A stretch of DNA of 64,000 nucleotides from Acidobacteriaceae bacterium. Its GTDB lineage: Bacteria > Acidobacteriota > Terriglobia > Terriglobales > Acidobacteriaceae. The stretch spans positions 84,666 to 148,665 of the forward strand of contig PMHV01000006.1 in NCBI GenBank assembly GCA_003156805.1. The letters are read 5' to 3'. A program made the translations under genes and the position numbers. The notes under the pieces are model-generated. The model searched no databases, was not told the origin of the DNA, and was given only the letters and a program-made list of their open reading frames with translations. Of the stretch, positions 55,595-64,000 are shown one piece after another (within the stretch, counting starts at the first letter, position 1; each line of letters begins with the position of its first letter).

Positions 55595-56136
55595 TGCCCG
55601 ATCTGCGGCGAACTCGAAAGAAGATCAAGACCGCCTTGTGGGTTCTGCTGGGCATCGACGCGCTCGCGGTGTTTGTATTGACGTCGCCGCTGGTCGGTTC
55701 GACCAGCTCGCGGCGCCAGCAGCTCAATCAACTCTGGAGCGACTTGCGTCTGAAGACCCGCCAGGTCGAGCCCCTGAAGGATCTTCCCAGGAAAGTGGTT
55801 CTGGCCAACCAGCAGATTAACGAGTTCTACAAGAAGCGTCTGGCCGCGCAGGATTCGCAAATCCCCACCGAGTTCGGCAAGCTGGCGGTGGAGAACAGCG
55901 TGGTCATCGTTAACGTCAAATACAAAGTGCAGCCTGCGGAAGTGGGCCGCTTGCAGCCCGTGGAAATGGAAGCGGCTCTTTCCGGCAACTACGTTTCTCT
56001 GGCGAAATTTATCAATGCTTTGGAGCGCGACGACACCCTGTTCATCATCGACAGCGTAGCGCTGGGCGGCGAGCAGATCGGGCCCATCAGGCTGGAGATG
56101 AAACTGGAAGCGTACCTGAAAGCGGGCGCGCAGTGA
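55594..56136 (+). CDS. pilO: Type IV pilus assembly protein PilO
   Basis: 180 aa with an N-terminal TM segment and a coiled coil. The C-terminal ferredoxin-like part is …YVSLAKFINALERDDTLFIIDSVAL. Its start overlaps the pilN stop by 1 nt. Confidence 0.7.
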   Translation: MPDLRRTRKKIKTALWVLLGIDALAVFVLTSPLVGSTSSRRQQLNQLWSDLRLKTRQVEPLKDLPRKVVLANQQINEFYKKRLAAQDSQIPTEFGKLAVENSVVIVNVKYKVQPAEVGRLQPVEMEAALSGNYVSLAKFINALERDDTLFIIDSVALGGEQIGPIRLEMKLEAYLKAGAQ

Positions 56137-56744
56137 GAGTGGGAGCGGAGAGCAAGAACAAAGTGATCGCCGCCGCGGCCCTGGGGGTGGTGGCGGTGCT
56201 GGCGCTGGTGCTGGTCTACGAGTTGATGCCCTCTTCGCCCACCTCGGCCGCCGCTCCCGCGACCCCCGGAACGCAGCCGGCGCAAACTGGTCCAACCCGG
56301 CCGTCACGGCGCGGTGGAGCCTCAGCGAAAAAAGGGCGGCTGCCGCAGAGCCTTGATCCCACTTTGAATCTCACCCAACTCGCTGCCGCGGAGCAGGTCA
56401 AGTACGAGGGGTCAGGCCGCAACATCTTTATTTCGCAGGCGGAAATAACGATTCCGCAACCCAATGGGCCTGGGCACACAGACACGGCGGCAGCTCCCAC
56501 GTATGTTCCACCCCAGCCGGCCGCGCCGCCGCCCATCCCGCTCAAGTTTTTCGGCTTTGCCAGCCAGCCCGGAGAACCCAAAAAGGTTTTCCTCTCCAAG
56601 GGGGACGACGTTTTCATTGCCGGCGAAGGCGAGATTGTGGACCGGCGCTACAAGGTTTTACACATTCTGCCGACCTCGGTCGAAGTGCAGGACGTGGTGA
56701 GCAGCGGTCCGCCCCAGAGCCTGCCGTTGCTGACCCAGAGCTAG
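56133..56744 (+). CDS. PilP-like protein (TM anchor, Pro-rich linker, C-terminal beta domain)
   Basis: GTGA overlap with pilO and a TM segment (VIAAAALGVVAVLALVLV). A P/A-rich linker follows. The C-terminus LKFFGFASQPGEPKKVFLSKGDDVFIAGEGEIVDRRYKVLHILPTSVEVQD resembles the PilP/GspC HR-type beta domain. Confidence 0.5.
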   Translation: MRVGAESKNKVIAAAALGVVAVLALVLVYELMPSSPTSAAAPATPGTQPAQTGPTRPSRRGGASAKKGRLPQSLDPTLNLTQLAAAEQVKYEGSGRNIFISQAEITIPQPNGPGHTDTAAAPTYVPPQPAAPPPIPLKFFGFASQPGEPKKVFLSKGDDVFIAGEGEIVDRRYKVLHILPTSVEVQDVVSSGPPQSLPLLTQS

Positions 56745-56782
56745 ACCAGATGGAGTAATTTGGTAATCGGGCAATTGCAATT

Positions 56783-57907
56783 TTGATGGCCGGCCGCTCG
56801 ATGAACCAACCGTTTAATTCTTCCATGGAATCTTTTTCATGCTCGCGGCCAACTGTCTTCCGGCCCCGCCGGAACCAGGAAGGCTATATTCTGCTTACCC
56901 TTCTGCTGCTGGTGACGCTGCTGATCGTGGGCATGGCCGTGATTGTGCCCACCATTTCCTTTGAAATCCGGCGCGACCGGGAGCAGGAACTCATCCATCG
57001 CGGAGTGCAGTATTCGCGCGCCATCCGCGCCTACTATAAAAAGTTCGGACGCTATCCCACCAAGATTGATGATCTGGAGAGCGCCAACAATTTGCGGTTC
57101 TTGCGCAAGCGCTACAAAGATCCGGTCACCGGCCAGGACTTCAAGCTGCTGCATTTCGGGGAAGTGAAGCTTTCCTTCAGCGGTGGAATCGGCGGCGGAA
57201 CCATTCCCGGCGCCAGTCCGGTTAACTCGCAGGGTGGACTGAATGGCGGAACAAATGGTTCGGGGCCGAACGGCTCTGCCTTCGGAGGCTCCGGCTTCGG
57301 CTCTTCGGGCTCTGCCGGTTCGGCTTTTGGCGGCGGCTCCGGGTTCGGGGGCTCGAGCATGAACGGTCCGGGCGGAGCTTCCCAGTCTTCCAGCTTCGGC
57401 TCAAACTCGGGGCAGAATCCCACCGGCGGATTCGGCGCGAACTCCAATTCGCAAACCCCTTCCGGTCAGCAACCCACGAATCAGACCACGGATTCCTCTC
57501 AGTCCGGTGCGCAGAATCCGCAAACGCCGGGGACCACCCCAGGTGCAACCGGAGCTGCGGGCGACCAGCTTTCCGGACAGGTTTTCGGCGGCGGCCCCAT
57601 TGTGGGCGTAGTCAGCACCAGCCCCAAAGCCACCATCCGCGAGTTCAATCACAAAAAGAAATACAACGAATGGCAGTTCATCTACGATCCCGCCACCGAC
57701 CGCGGCGGCCTGCTCAGCACGCCGAATCAGCCTCCGCTGCAGGGCGCGGGAATGATGAACGGACAGGGCACGCAGCAGCCCGGAGGCCCCAACACCAGCC
57801 CGTTCGGAACTTCGCCTGGCAACAGCCCGAATCCCCCGGGAAATGGTGGATTCGGCAACCCCACCCCACCGCCTCCACCCACGTCGCCTCAGCAGCAACA
57901 GCAATAG
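56783..57907 (+). CDS. GspG-like pseudopilin domain fused to a ~230-aa G/S/N/Q/P-rich low-complexity tail
   Basis: It has a hydrophobic prepilin-like N-terminus …RRNQEGYILLTLLLLVTLLIV with no Glu at +5. The GspG-like core is …AIRAYYKKFGRYPTKIDDLE…YKDPVTGQDFKLL. A long tract (GGSGFGSSGSAGSAFGGGSGFGG…QNPQTPGTTPG…PPPPTSPQQQQQ) follows. The start codon is uncertain. Confidence 0.55.
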   Translation: MMAGRSMNQPFNSSMESFSCSRPTVFRPRRNQEGYILLTLLLLVTLLIVGMAVIVPTISFEIRRDREQELIHRGVQYSRAIRAYYKKFGRYPTKIDDLESANNLRFLRKRYKDPVTGQDFKLLHFGEVKLSFSGGIGGGTIPGASPVNSQGGLNGGTNGSGPNGSAFGGSGFGSSGSAGSAFGGGSGFGGSSMNGPGGASQSSSFGSNSGQNPTGGFGANSNSQTPSGQQPTNQTTDSSQSGAQNPQTPGTTPGATGAAGDQLSGQVFGGGPIVGVVSTSPKATIREFNHKKKYNEWQFIYDPATDRGGLLSTPNQPPLQGAGMMNGQGTQQPGGPNTSPFGTSPGNSPNPPGNGGFGNPTPPPPPTSPQQQQQ

Positions 57908-57950
57908 CAACTCGTCGTACGGGGAGCTTGCGGCAACCGGAAAACAGAAA

Positions 57951-57980
57951 GGCCTCATCGCGCGATGAGGCCTTTTTGTT
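57951..57980. terminator. Bidirectional rho-independent terminator between the pilus block and erpA
   Basis: The palindrome GGCCTCATCGCGCGATGAGGCC is flanked by AAAACAGAAA upstream and TTTTTGTT downstream. It lies between convergent genes. Confidence 0.8.
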
Positions 57981-58014
57981 CTCTAAGAGTTTCGTGAACA
58001 ACGCGCGGATGCCG

Positions 58015-58395
58015 CTAAACGCTAAACGACGATCCGCAGCCGCAGGTGCTCTTCACGTTCGGATTCTCGAACTTGAAGCCCGCTCCCTCCAGGCTTTCGA
58101 CATAATCGACGTTGCAGCCGTTCAGGTACATGACTGACGTGCTGTCGACAAAGACTTTTAGCCCGTCCATATCGAAGGTTTTGTCCATCATTCCGGCCGC
58201 GTTTTCAAACTGCATGGAATAGGAGAACCCGGAGCACCCACCCCCCACCACACCGATCCGCAAACCAGCGGGGACGGGATTCTGTTGCCCCATGATTTCC
58301 TTCACTTTGGCAACCGCATTGGCAGTCAGGCTGACCGGCGCGGCCTTTTTCACTTCGGGAACGTTGATTACTTCCGGGACGGTTGTAGTAGCCAT
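58015..58395 (-). CDS. erpA: A-type iron-sulfur cluster carrier/insertion protein (HesB/IscA/ErpA family)
   Basis: …LRIGVVGGGCSGFSY…VDYVESLEGAGFKFENPNVKSTCGCGSSFSV has the three conserved Cys and the ErpA-like C-terminus. Confidence 0.85.
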   Translation of the reverse strand: MATTTVPEVINVPEVKKAAPVSLTANAVAKVKEIMGQQNPVPAGLRIGVVGGGCSGFSYSMQFENAAGMMDKTFDMDGLKVFVDSTSVMYLNGCNVDYVESLEGAGFKFENPNVKSTCGCGSSFSV

Positions 58396-58765
58396 TCGAA
58401 TCTCCTCCGGCCTTCAGGATAATGGAACCATAGTATATCAGATGCAACTACCGTGAGCGCCAGACCATTGCGTCGGATGCGGCCCCTGAATCTGTCAAGA
58501 AAACATACAGGCTGGCGGGACATGGGTTGGAGAGATCTGGGTTGGAGAGATCTGGGCTGGCACGACCGCCTGCGGGGGGGCCGAGGAAATGAGGAGAAAC
58601 GATTTCGATAGATGCGTGCAAATTATTCAATCGACTCTTGCCCGGCGGTCTATAATGGTGGCGTCGGGCTCTCCCCTGTTTCGCCCGGGTGCTGGAATCT
58701 GCAATTCTGCCTCCGGAAGTGGGGGAAGCGTCCGCAGTAGAGACTTTCAACCTGCCGAGGTGGCT

Positions 58766-59035
58766 ATGACGCTGACCGTAGTGGCGATTGTCTGGGGCAT
58801 TTTCACCGTTGGATTGATCATCCTCCTTATCTATCGCAGCACTCTCACCATGCAGGAGGAAGAACAGCTGTTTCTGGACGACGCCAATTCTCACATGCAA
58901 CAGGAACAGACGGAGCTGCTGACGAAAGTCAACCGGCTCAGAATCCCGGTCTGGGTATTTGGCGGCGGGTCGGGTGTGTTCCTGCTCGTGCTTCTCTTCC
59001 TGTGGATCTCGCAACGGCTGGCCGAAACTCAGTAG
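58766..59035 (+). CDS. Small two-TM membrane protein (hypothetical)
   Basis: ATG at 58766 with GAGG 6-9 nt upstream. The product MTLTVVAIVWGIFTVGLIILLIY…(charged helix)…VWVFGGGSGVFLLVLLFLWI is 89 aa. I prefer it over the antisense 248-aa ORF, which is low-complexity. Confidence 0.4.
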   Translation: MTLTVVAIVWGIFTVGLIILLIYRSTLTMQEEEQLFLDDANSHMQQEQTELLTKVNRLRIPVWVFGGGSGVFLLVLLFLWISQRLAETQ

Positions 59036-59693
59036 CCCGGCTCGTCCATGCGCAACGCTGGTTTGAAAGAGACGACGGGGTTGTGCCCGCACTTCGCGGC
59101 GCAGCGAGTTCGGCTTCTTCTGCCGTTTCGTGCGCCCCAATCCGTTCGCGTTCCCTGCGAAAAAGCTGGGCACGGCGAGGCCAGCTTTCACCACGGACCA
59201 AGACTTCTCACGCTACGCCGCAGGGCTGCCCCTTAAGCTCTACCAGGTAAGCTGAACGGTTCGTTAACTGACAACCGACAACTGCTCCTCTGTGACATCT
59301 GACCTTGTGGGCGACCACAAATCGGTCCATCATTGTCGAGGCGAAGGTGTATATCTAGCCGGGCAAGGAACGGGCGTAAGTCCTTTGTTATCTGGATTTT
59401 GACCTCTAAGTTCTTTGCTGTTTAGATTTTGCCCGCTCTTTTTGTGAACCCCGCGCCCAGCAAGCCATTCAAAGGTGGGGGGTGGGGGGGTATACCCCAT
59501 TTTCCCAGATAAGAACTGCGGGACGATCAAGGAATCCGTCATTCGGGTCGAAGCTCATAAAGAATATTTGCAGTAGAAATCCACAGGCACTTCTAATGGC
59601 ACAGCTTGTGTGCAGCGGACACTCTTGTCCGCTTCTGCCAGTAACCATTGATTATGATTTGTGGTTCATCACGAAACACGCAGCAGTGAACAT

Positions 59694-60446
59694 TCAGCGC
59701 GACGCATACACCGAATACTGATTCGTCCCGCAAATCTTCTCGAGCGCAGCGCTCTCGCCCAGCACTTGCTCCAGCAGCGGATTGTGGTACAGCGCATACA
59801 CCGCCCGCGGATGAGCGCGCAGACTTTGTTCCAGCCTGCCGATCGCTCGCCGCAAACCCGCCTCCGGAAATGGATTGAACAAATAGAGCACGGTCGCCTC
59901 GGCAGGAAAAGCAAAGTCAGTCGCGTCCGCGCAGATGGACTCCAGCGCAAAACACTTCTGCGATTCGCTTCTGTACTTGGCCAGATTCTCCTGCGCAATC
60001 TTGTGCAGCGCAGGCAGAAGTTCCACCCCCACGATGCGGCGAAATGAATGGTCAGACGCCATCAGCAGCGCTCGTCCTTTGCCCGAACCGAGATCCAGAA
60101 AGAGATAGTCGCGAAAGTCGATTCCCGCCTGTCGCTGCAACATGGTCAGCATCTCCTGAAACAGCTCCGGCTCAGTCGGCTGATGTGGCGAGTGAAACAC
60201 CGCCAGCAGGCGATCGCGCCAGCTCACGGCCGCGCTGGTCGTGTTCACGCGATAGTCCCAATCGTAGGCAGCATCTCCGTAACGCTGGCGCTTGCGCTGC
60301 GGAGTGGAATCGCGGACAAACTCCCACAGTCCGCCAATCGTCTGGCGGACCGCGGCAAGCTTGCCTTCGCGCGCGGCGATGTCGCTCCACCACAGCCGCG
60401 CCGAGCGCAGCAGGTTGATTCTTGGCACGGCGGAAAGTTCTGGCAT
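59694..60446 (-). CDS. Class I SAM-dependent methyltransferase
   Basis: Motif I is FLDLGSGKGRALLMAS, followed by the acidic post-I motif IVGVELL. It is 250 aa. The substrate is unknown. Confidence 0.65.
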   Translation of the reverse strand: MPELSAVPRINLLRSARLWWSDIAAREGKLAAVRQTIGGLWEFVRDSTPQRKRQRYGDAAYDWDYRVNTTSAAVSWRDRLLAVFHSPHQPTEPELFQEMLTMLQRQAGIDFRDYLFLDLGSGKGRALLMASDHSFRRIVGVELLPALHKIAQENLAKYRSESQKCFALESICADATDFAFPAEATVLYLFNPFPEAGLRRAIGRLEQSLRAHPRAVYALYHNPLLEQVLGESAALEKICGTNQYSVYASR

Positions 60447-60571
60447 GACAGTCTAGGGTTCTGTGCCTCTGCTTTTCCCGGTCATCATAAAGGCAAAGCT
60501 CAGAACAGAGGCCGAGCTCGGAACAAACACAATAGAACAAAGGCAAGACTCGGAACACGACCAGGCTCAGA

Positions 60572-61492
60572 CTATTGGTCGTGGAATTTCGGCGGAGGTT
60601 TGTATCCCGGTGGAAGACCCTTGGTGGCGAAGGGAAAATCGTCGGGCACGCGCACTTCAACGCGGCCTTCGGGAGTCAACTTGTAAGCGTGGCCGTCAGG
60701 ATCGGCCGGAATTCCCGGCAAGCCTTCGGCAGCCGTCAGATCCGCCAGGCTCGCCGGCAGATGTCCGGTGCGTTCGCCAAAGCTGGTCAGCGCCTGCTGC
60801 AGCCGCGTGACGTCTTCGTCCACGCGCAGCGCGCGCAAGTGCTCGAGCGCATTGCTGCGAATCTGGCGGTCCTGCGTGGTCTGGTAAGTTGCGGTCCACA
60901 GCATGCGCGCGGTCTCAAACTCGCCGGCGTGCTGCGCCATCTGCGCCGCCAGTATTTTCAGGAAAGGATGAGCATCGGGAACTCGCGACCCACGCTCGAA
61001 CGCATCGGCGGCCTTCTTGTAGTCGTGAAGATCCATGTAATAGACGAATCCGAGATCGTAATAGAGCTTCCAGGCATTGGGATTGTTTTGAATGCCATAT
61101 TCCATCAACTGGATTGCGCGTTCCGGTTGTCCGGCTCCGTCGGGCGGCTTGGGAGCAAGAAAGCTGGCGCCGAACTGATAAGCGACCAGCAGATGAGGAT
61201 CGAGGTGAGTGGTGATTTCCAGCAAGGGAGCGAGCAGGTTATAACTTTGGGCGTAGTTGTAGTGCTTGCGGCCGAAGTACTGCACTGCCCGGGTCCAATA
61301 GATGTCGGCGAGAAGGCCGTCGTAGCCGAGGCTGGCGCGCTTCAAGATGGCGGGCGAGCTGACGTAGAGAACTTCGTCGAGCGTGGCTTGCGGGCGAATC
61401 CGGTCGATGCGGTACAGAACCGCGGTGCTGGCCGCGAGCGAGGTACATAGGACCATCGCGGCAATCACTGAAGTTCTGCGGCGCCGCTTCAT
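60572..61492 (-). CDS. Membrane-anchored TPR-like protein, coupled to the ABC-2 transporter genes
   Basis: N-terminal TM segment (SVIAAMVLCTSLAASTAVL) and helical repeats of TPR type (…AWKLYYDLGFVYYMDLHDYKKAADAFERG…). A 4-nt overlap links it to the upstream permease gene. Confidence 0.5.
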   Translation of the reverse strand: MKRRRRTSVIAAMVLCTSLAASTAVLYRIDRIRPQATLDEVLYVSSPAILKRASLGYDGLLADIYWTRAVQYFGRKHYNYAQSYNLLAPLLEITTHLDPHLLVAYQFGASFLAPKPPDGAGQPERAIQLMEYGIQNNPNAWKLYYDLGFVYYMDLHDYKKAADAFERGSRVPDAHPFLKILAAQMAQHAGEFETARMLWTATYQTTQDRQIRSNALEHLRALRVDEDVTRLQQALTSFGERTGHLPASLADLTAAEGLPGIPADPDGHAYKLTPEGRVEVRVPDDFPFATKGLPPGYKPPPKFHDQ

Positions 61493-62265
61493 TTCAAGTT
61501 CCGACGCTCAAACACCAAAACAGCCGCGCTGAGAACCATGGCTGCGTAGAAGAGCGCGTAGAGCGTGTTCTGCAGGATGAGTTGCGCGGCGACCGGCTGC
61601 TCATGCGCGATGGAGCCGATAACGTTCAAGGCAGAAAAATTCGGCACCAGGTAAGCGGCGCCCAACGCCAGCCAGCGCGTGACGCCATGGGCCATGCGGG
61701 CAAAACCGCGCAAGTCTTCGGCAAAGCTGCCGACCACGAAAAACGAGAAGGCAAATACGGCGGAAAGCAAAGGCGTAGAGAACGATGAGAACAGCAGCGA
61801 CAGGGAACAGACGATGAGAAACTCGAGGACGATGAAATAGAGGGCTACCAAAATCAGCGCGTCGGCGCGCACGAACTTGTGCGAAACATAAAGCAACGCG
61901 GCAAAAACTCCAACCGCCATGAAAAATGTGTTGACCACCAGCGTTCCGGCCAGGCCAAAGAACTTGCCGACGATAAATTCCCAGCGCCGCACGGGCCGCG
62001 AAAGCACAGTGTAAAGCGTGCGCTTCTCAATTTCCTTGGAGACCAGACCGATCCCGATGAAGATGGCGATGACGACGCCGAAAAGAGAAACCGCGGTCAG
62101 ACCCAGATTGATGACCACGAGTTTTTCGATGTCGATGGAAATCTGGCCCACGAGGATGGCCGCGCCCGAGAGCAGCAGTGCGAACGCGATCAGGTTGTAG
62201 AGGACGCGGTCGCGTACGGCTTCGCGAAAGGTGTTGGAGGCAATATACGCGATGCGTGTGTTCAT
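61489..62265 (-). CDS. ABC-2 type transporter permease
   Basis: 258 aa with six TM segments. The N-terminus [24 protein letters not shown] is typical of the ABC-2/NosY-like permease family. It overlaps both neighbouring genes by 4 nt. Confidence 0.7.
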   Translation of the reverse strand: MNTRIAYIASNTFREAVRDRVLYNLIAFALLLSGAAILVGQISIDIEKLVVINLGLTAVSLFGVVIAIFIGIGLVSKEIEKRTLYTVLSRPVRRWEFIVGKFFGLAGTLVVNTFFMAVGVFAALLYVSHKFVRADALILVALYFIVLEFLIVCSLSLLFSSFSTPLLSAVFAFSFFVVGSFAEDLRGFARMAHGVTRWLALGAAYLVPNFSALNVIGSIAHEQPVAAQLILQNTLYALFYAAMVLSAAVLVFERRNLK

Positions 62266-63203
62266 GCCGTTCGTCCCGCCGTGGTTTCGGCGCTGCGCAA
62301 TTTTTCGACGAAGTAATCCTCGAGCGACGTGCGCACCGGCGTGATGGCGATCAAACGCAGGCGCTCGCGGCGCAGAGCGTCAATGGCCGCATCCTGCTGA
62401 TTTTCCGCAACCACGGCGCGCACCGTGTCTCCTGTGAGATGGCATTCCACGCCCAGCAATTTCAGCGAGGCGGGAACTTGCGTACCTTGCCAGATCAGTT
62501 CCACCTTGCCCTGGACGCTCGAGGTCAAGTCCGCAACGGCTCCCACGCCGCGGAGGCGGCCTTTGTGAATGATGGCGACGCGGTCACAGAGCGCCTCGGC
62601 GTCGGAGAGGATGTGCGTGGAAAAAAAGACAGTCTTGCCGGCGAGTTTGAGTTGCTCCATCAGATCGCGGACTTCGCGACGGCCCATAGGATCGAGGCCG
62701 GACATCGGCTCGTCAAAGAAAACCAGGCTGGGATCGTGCAGGATCGCCTGCGCGATGCCGACGCGCTGCAACATGCCTTTGGAAAACTTTCGCAGTTGCA
62801 CGCCGCGTACCTCGAGCAGGCCGACTTGCCGCAGGACCTCTTCCACCCGCCGTTTTCGGTTTTTCGCGGGAACTCCCGAAAGCTGGCCGTAGTATTCGAG
62901 CAGCTCGTGCGCAGTGAGGTAGTCGTAAAAGTACGGCTGCTCGGGAAGGAAACCAATCTGGGCCTTGATTTCGGGATCAGTCCACTCGCGTCCCAGGATG
63001 CGTGCGCACCCGGCGGTGGGGAAAATCAGTCCCATCAGTAATTTCAGAGTTGTGGTTTTGCCAGCTCCGTTGGGACCGAGAAAGCCGAAGATTTCTCCCT
63101 GCTCCACGGTCAAGCGCAAAGAATGCAGCGCACACTTCGGCTGTTTGCGCCAGAAGCCAACCATGTAGGTCTTTTCCAGACCCTGAATGTCGATTGCAGC
63201 CAT
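62262..63203 (-). CDS. ABC transporter ATP-binding protein (ABC-2 subfamily)
   Basis: Walker [11 protein letters not shown], the Q-loop, the signature [15 protein letters not shown], Walker [13 protein letters not shown] and the H-loop STHIL. Confidence 0.85.
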   Translation of the reverse strand: MAAIDIQGLEKTYMVGFWRKQPKCALHSLRLTVEQGEIFGFLGPNGAGKTTTLKLLMGLIFPTAGCARILGREWTDPEIKAQIGFLPEQPYFYDYLTAHELLEYYGQLSGVPAKNRKRRVEEVLRQVGLLEVRGVQLRKFSKGMLQRVGIAQAILHDPSLVFFDEPMSGLDPMGRREVRDLMEQLKLAGKTVFFSTHILSDAEALCDRVAIIHKGRLRGVGAVADLTSSVQGKVELIWQGTQVPASLKLLGVECHLTGDTVRAVVAENQQDAAIDALRRERLRLIAITPVRTSLEDYFVEKLRSAETTAGRTA

Positions 63204-63413
63204 GGTGCGTCGAATGGTGCGTTGAACTGAGAGGACCGATGTCCCCGAGGAAGATTATAAGCAAGACCTCGCATCTGAAGACTAACCGGGCGGTTACGTC
63301 CGTTACTTCGCGATGGGCCCCACAGGCGTGAGACAGGTTGTCGGCGGCATTGCATCGAGGTGCGCGGACGTTCGTCTCGCAGCCGCCGTCTCACTTTGAC
63401 ACGAACGCGGGTT

Positions 63414-63935
63414 CTACTGAGCCACAGCAAAGGCTACGCAGGCGGCGGTGGTGTTCACCGGTGTGTCCCCCGAAGAGGCCTGCTGTTGGCGTAACACACC
63501 GTCATCGGTCGAGCAGAAATCGCGACGACCCGTCTGTCCGAAATAAATAGGAGAAGTACCGGCAACAAACGCGGTGTTGGTCGTGGCCCCTCCAGTGGTG
63601 ACTCCCGTGGCTAGAAATACGTACCCGCTCTTGCCCAGGCTGCCCGGCGTTGCCGTCGACAGCAGGCTGTCGAGCAAGCAGCCGGATGCGGACGAAGGCA
63701 CACACGGGCTAGCTCCGCCCATATCGCCGAGCTTTACCGCATATCCAACCGTCGGATAGGTGTTGTAATAAGTGATTTCTGCCGTCTTGATGGCTTGGAT
63801 CGAAGCCACCGCGGACGCCTCATTGGCGGACATACGTGACTGCAGCAAGTTGGGAATCGCGATGGCTGCGATAACGAGAATTATCGCGATCACGATCATC
63901 AGCTCGATCAGCGAGAATCCCTTCTGCAAGTGCAT
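63414..63935 (-). CDS. pilA: Type IVa pilin (prepilin with an N-terminal cleavage/methylation site)
   Basis: The leader MHLQKG is followed by FSLIELMIVIAIILVIAAIAIPNLL (G/F cleavage site, Glu at +5). The globular C-terminal domain has a Cys pair. It is 173 aa. Confidence 0.85.
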   Translation of the reverse strand: MHLQKGFSLIELMIVIAIILVIAAIAIPNLLQSRMSANEASAVASIQAIKTAEITYYNTYPTVGYAVKLGDMGGASPCVPSSASGCLLDSLLSTATPGSLGKSGYVFLATGVTTGGATTNTAFVAGTSPIYFGQTGRRDFCSTDDGVLRQQQASSGDTPVNTTAACVAFAVAQ

Positions 63936-64000
63936 AAGAGCCCCAAGCTCCTCCGAACGATGGACGCGCGTATGATTCGTGCGTCCTGTTCTGTAATTGG

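Noticed and set aside
58448-59194. 248-aa minus-strand ORF
   Set aside because: It is low-complexity, and part of it is encoded by the 15-bp tandem repeat (PDLSNPDLSNP). The plus-strand 89-aa two-TM ORF with a Shine-Dalgarno site explains the region better, though it is itself only tentative.
1-64000. Search for CRISPR arrays, rRNA genes, transposases, integrases and prophage genes
   Set aside because: No regularly spaced 25-40 bp direct repeats with unique spacers were seen. No ORF had DDE/tyrosine-recombinase or phage structural signatures. The only repeats are the short tandem arrays reported above.

Overview
This is a high-GC bacterial chromosomal segment. Its gene content looks like Acidobacteriota/Terriglobia, but that assignment is inference from gene families only. 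I support about 45 genes. They include two paralogous secreted glycoside-hydrolase-like genes plus an SGNH-like esterase, proC, galE, and three giant secreted NHL / beta-propeller / Ig-domain proteins. Further along are a CPA2 antiporter, two tandem flavin-dependent halogenase-like paralogues, lhgO, and a roughly 1560-aa BNR/Asp-box protein. Then come modABC, a GT39/ArnT-like membrane glycosyltransferase with a DUF3467-like gene, a GAF protein, a czcCBA-type heavy-metal RND efflux operon, and a CarboxypepD_reg-type TonB-dependent receptor. The right-hand part holds tRNA-Leu(UAG), a LolA-like gene, a type IV pilus block (pilC, pilB, pilM, pilN, pilO, a pilP-like gene and a GspG-like pseudopilin fusion), erpA, a SAM methyltransferase, and a pilA-like pilin followed by an ABC-2 transporter and a TPR protein. 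The most unusual locus is a translationally coupled gene pair at 43949-48906, next to tRNA-Leu. The upstream gene encodes a Ser/Thr kinase, a TIR-like domain and an AAA_35-like ATPase. The downstream gene encodes a paralogous AAA_35-like ATPase, one TM helix, two PEGA domains and an NTF2/SnoaL-like domain. I do not recognise this pair as any named defence or signalling system and flag it as the best candidate for an undescribed system. Other points of interest are the orphan tandem halogenases, a heptanucleotide repeat array and several short tandem repeats in intergenic or linker positions, a roughly 340-nt structured non-coding stretch after tRNA-Leu, and a pilMNOP block with no secretin gene after it. 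No CRISPR array, rRNA gene, transposase or integrase was seen. All domain calls come from reading motifs by eye, and no database search was run.
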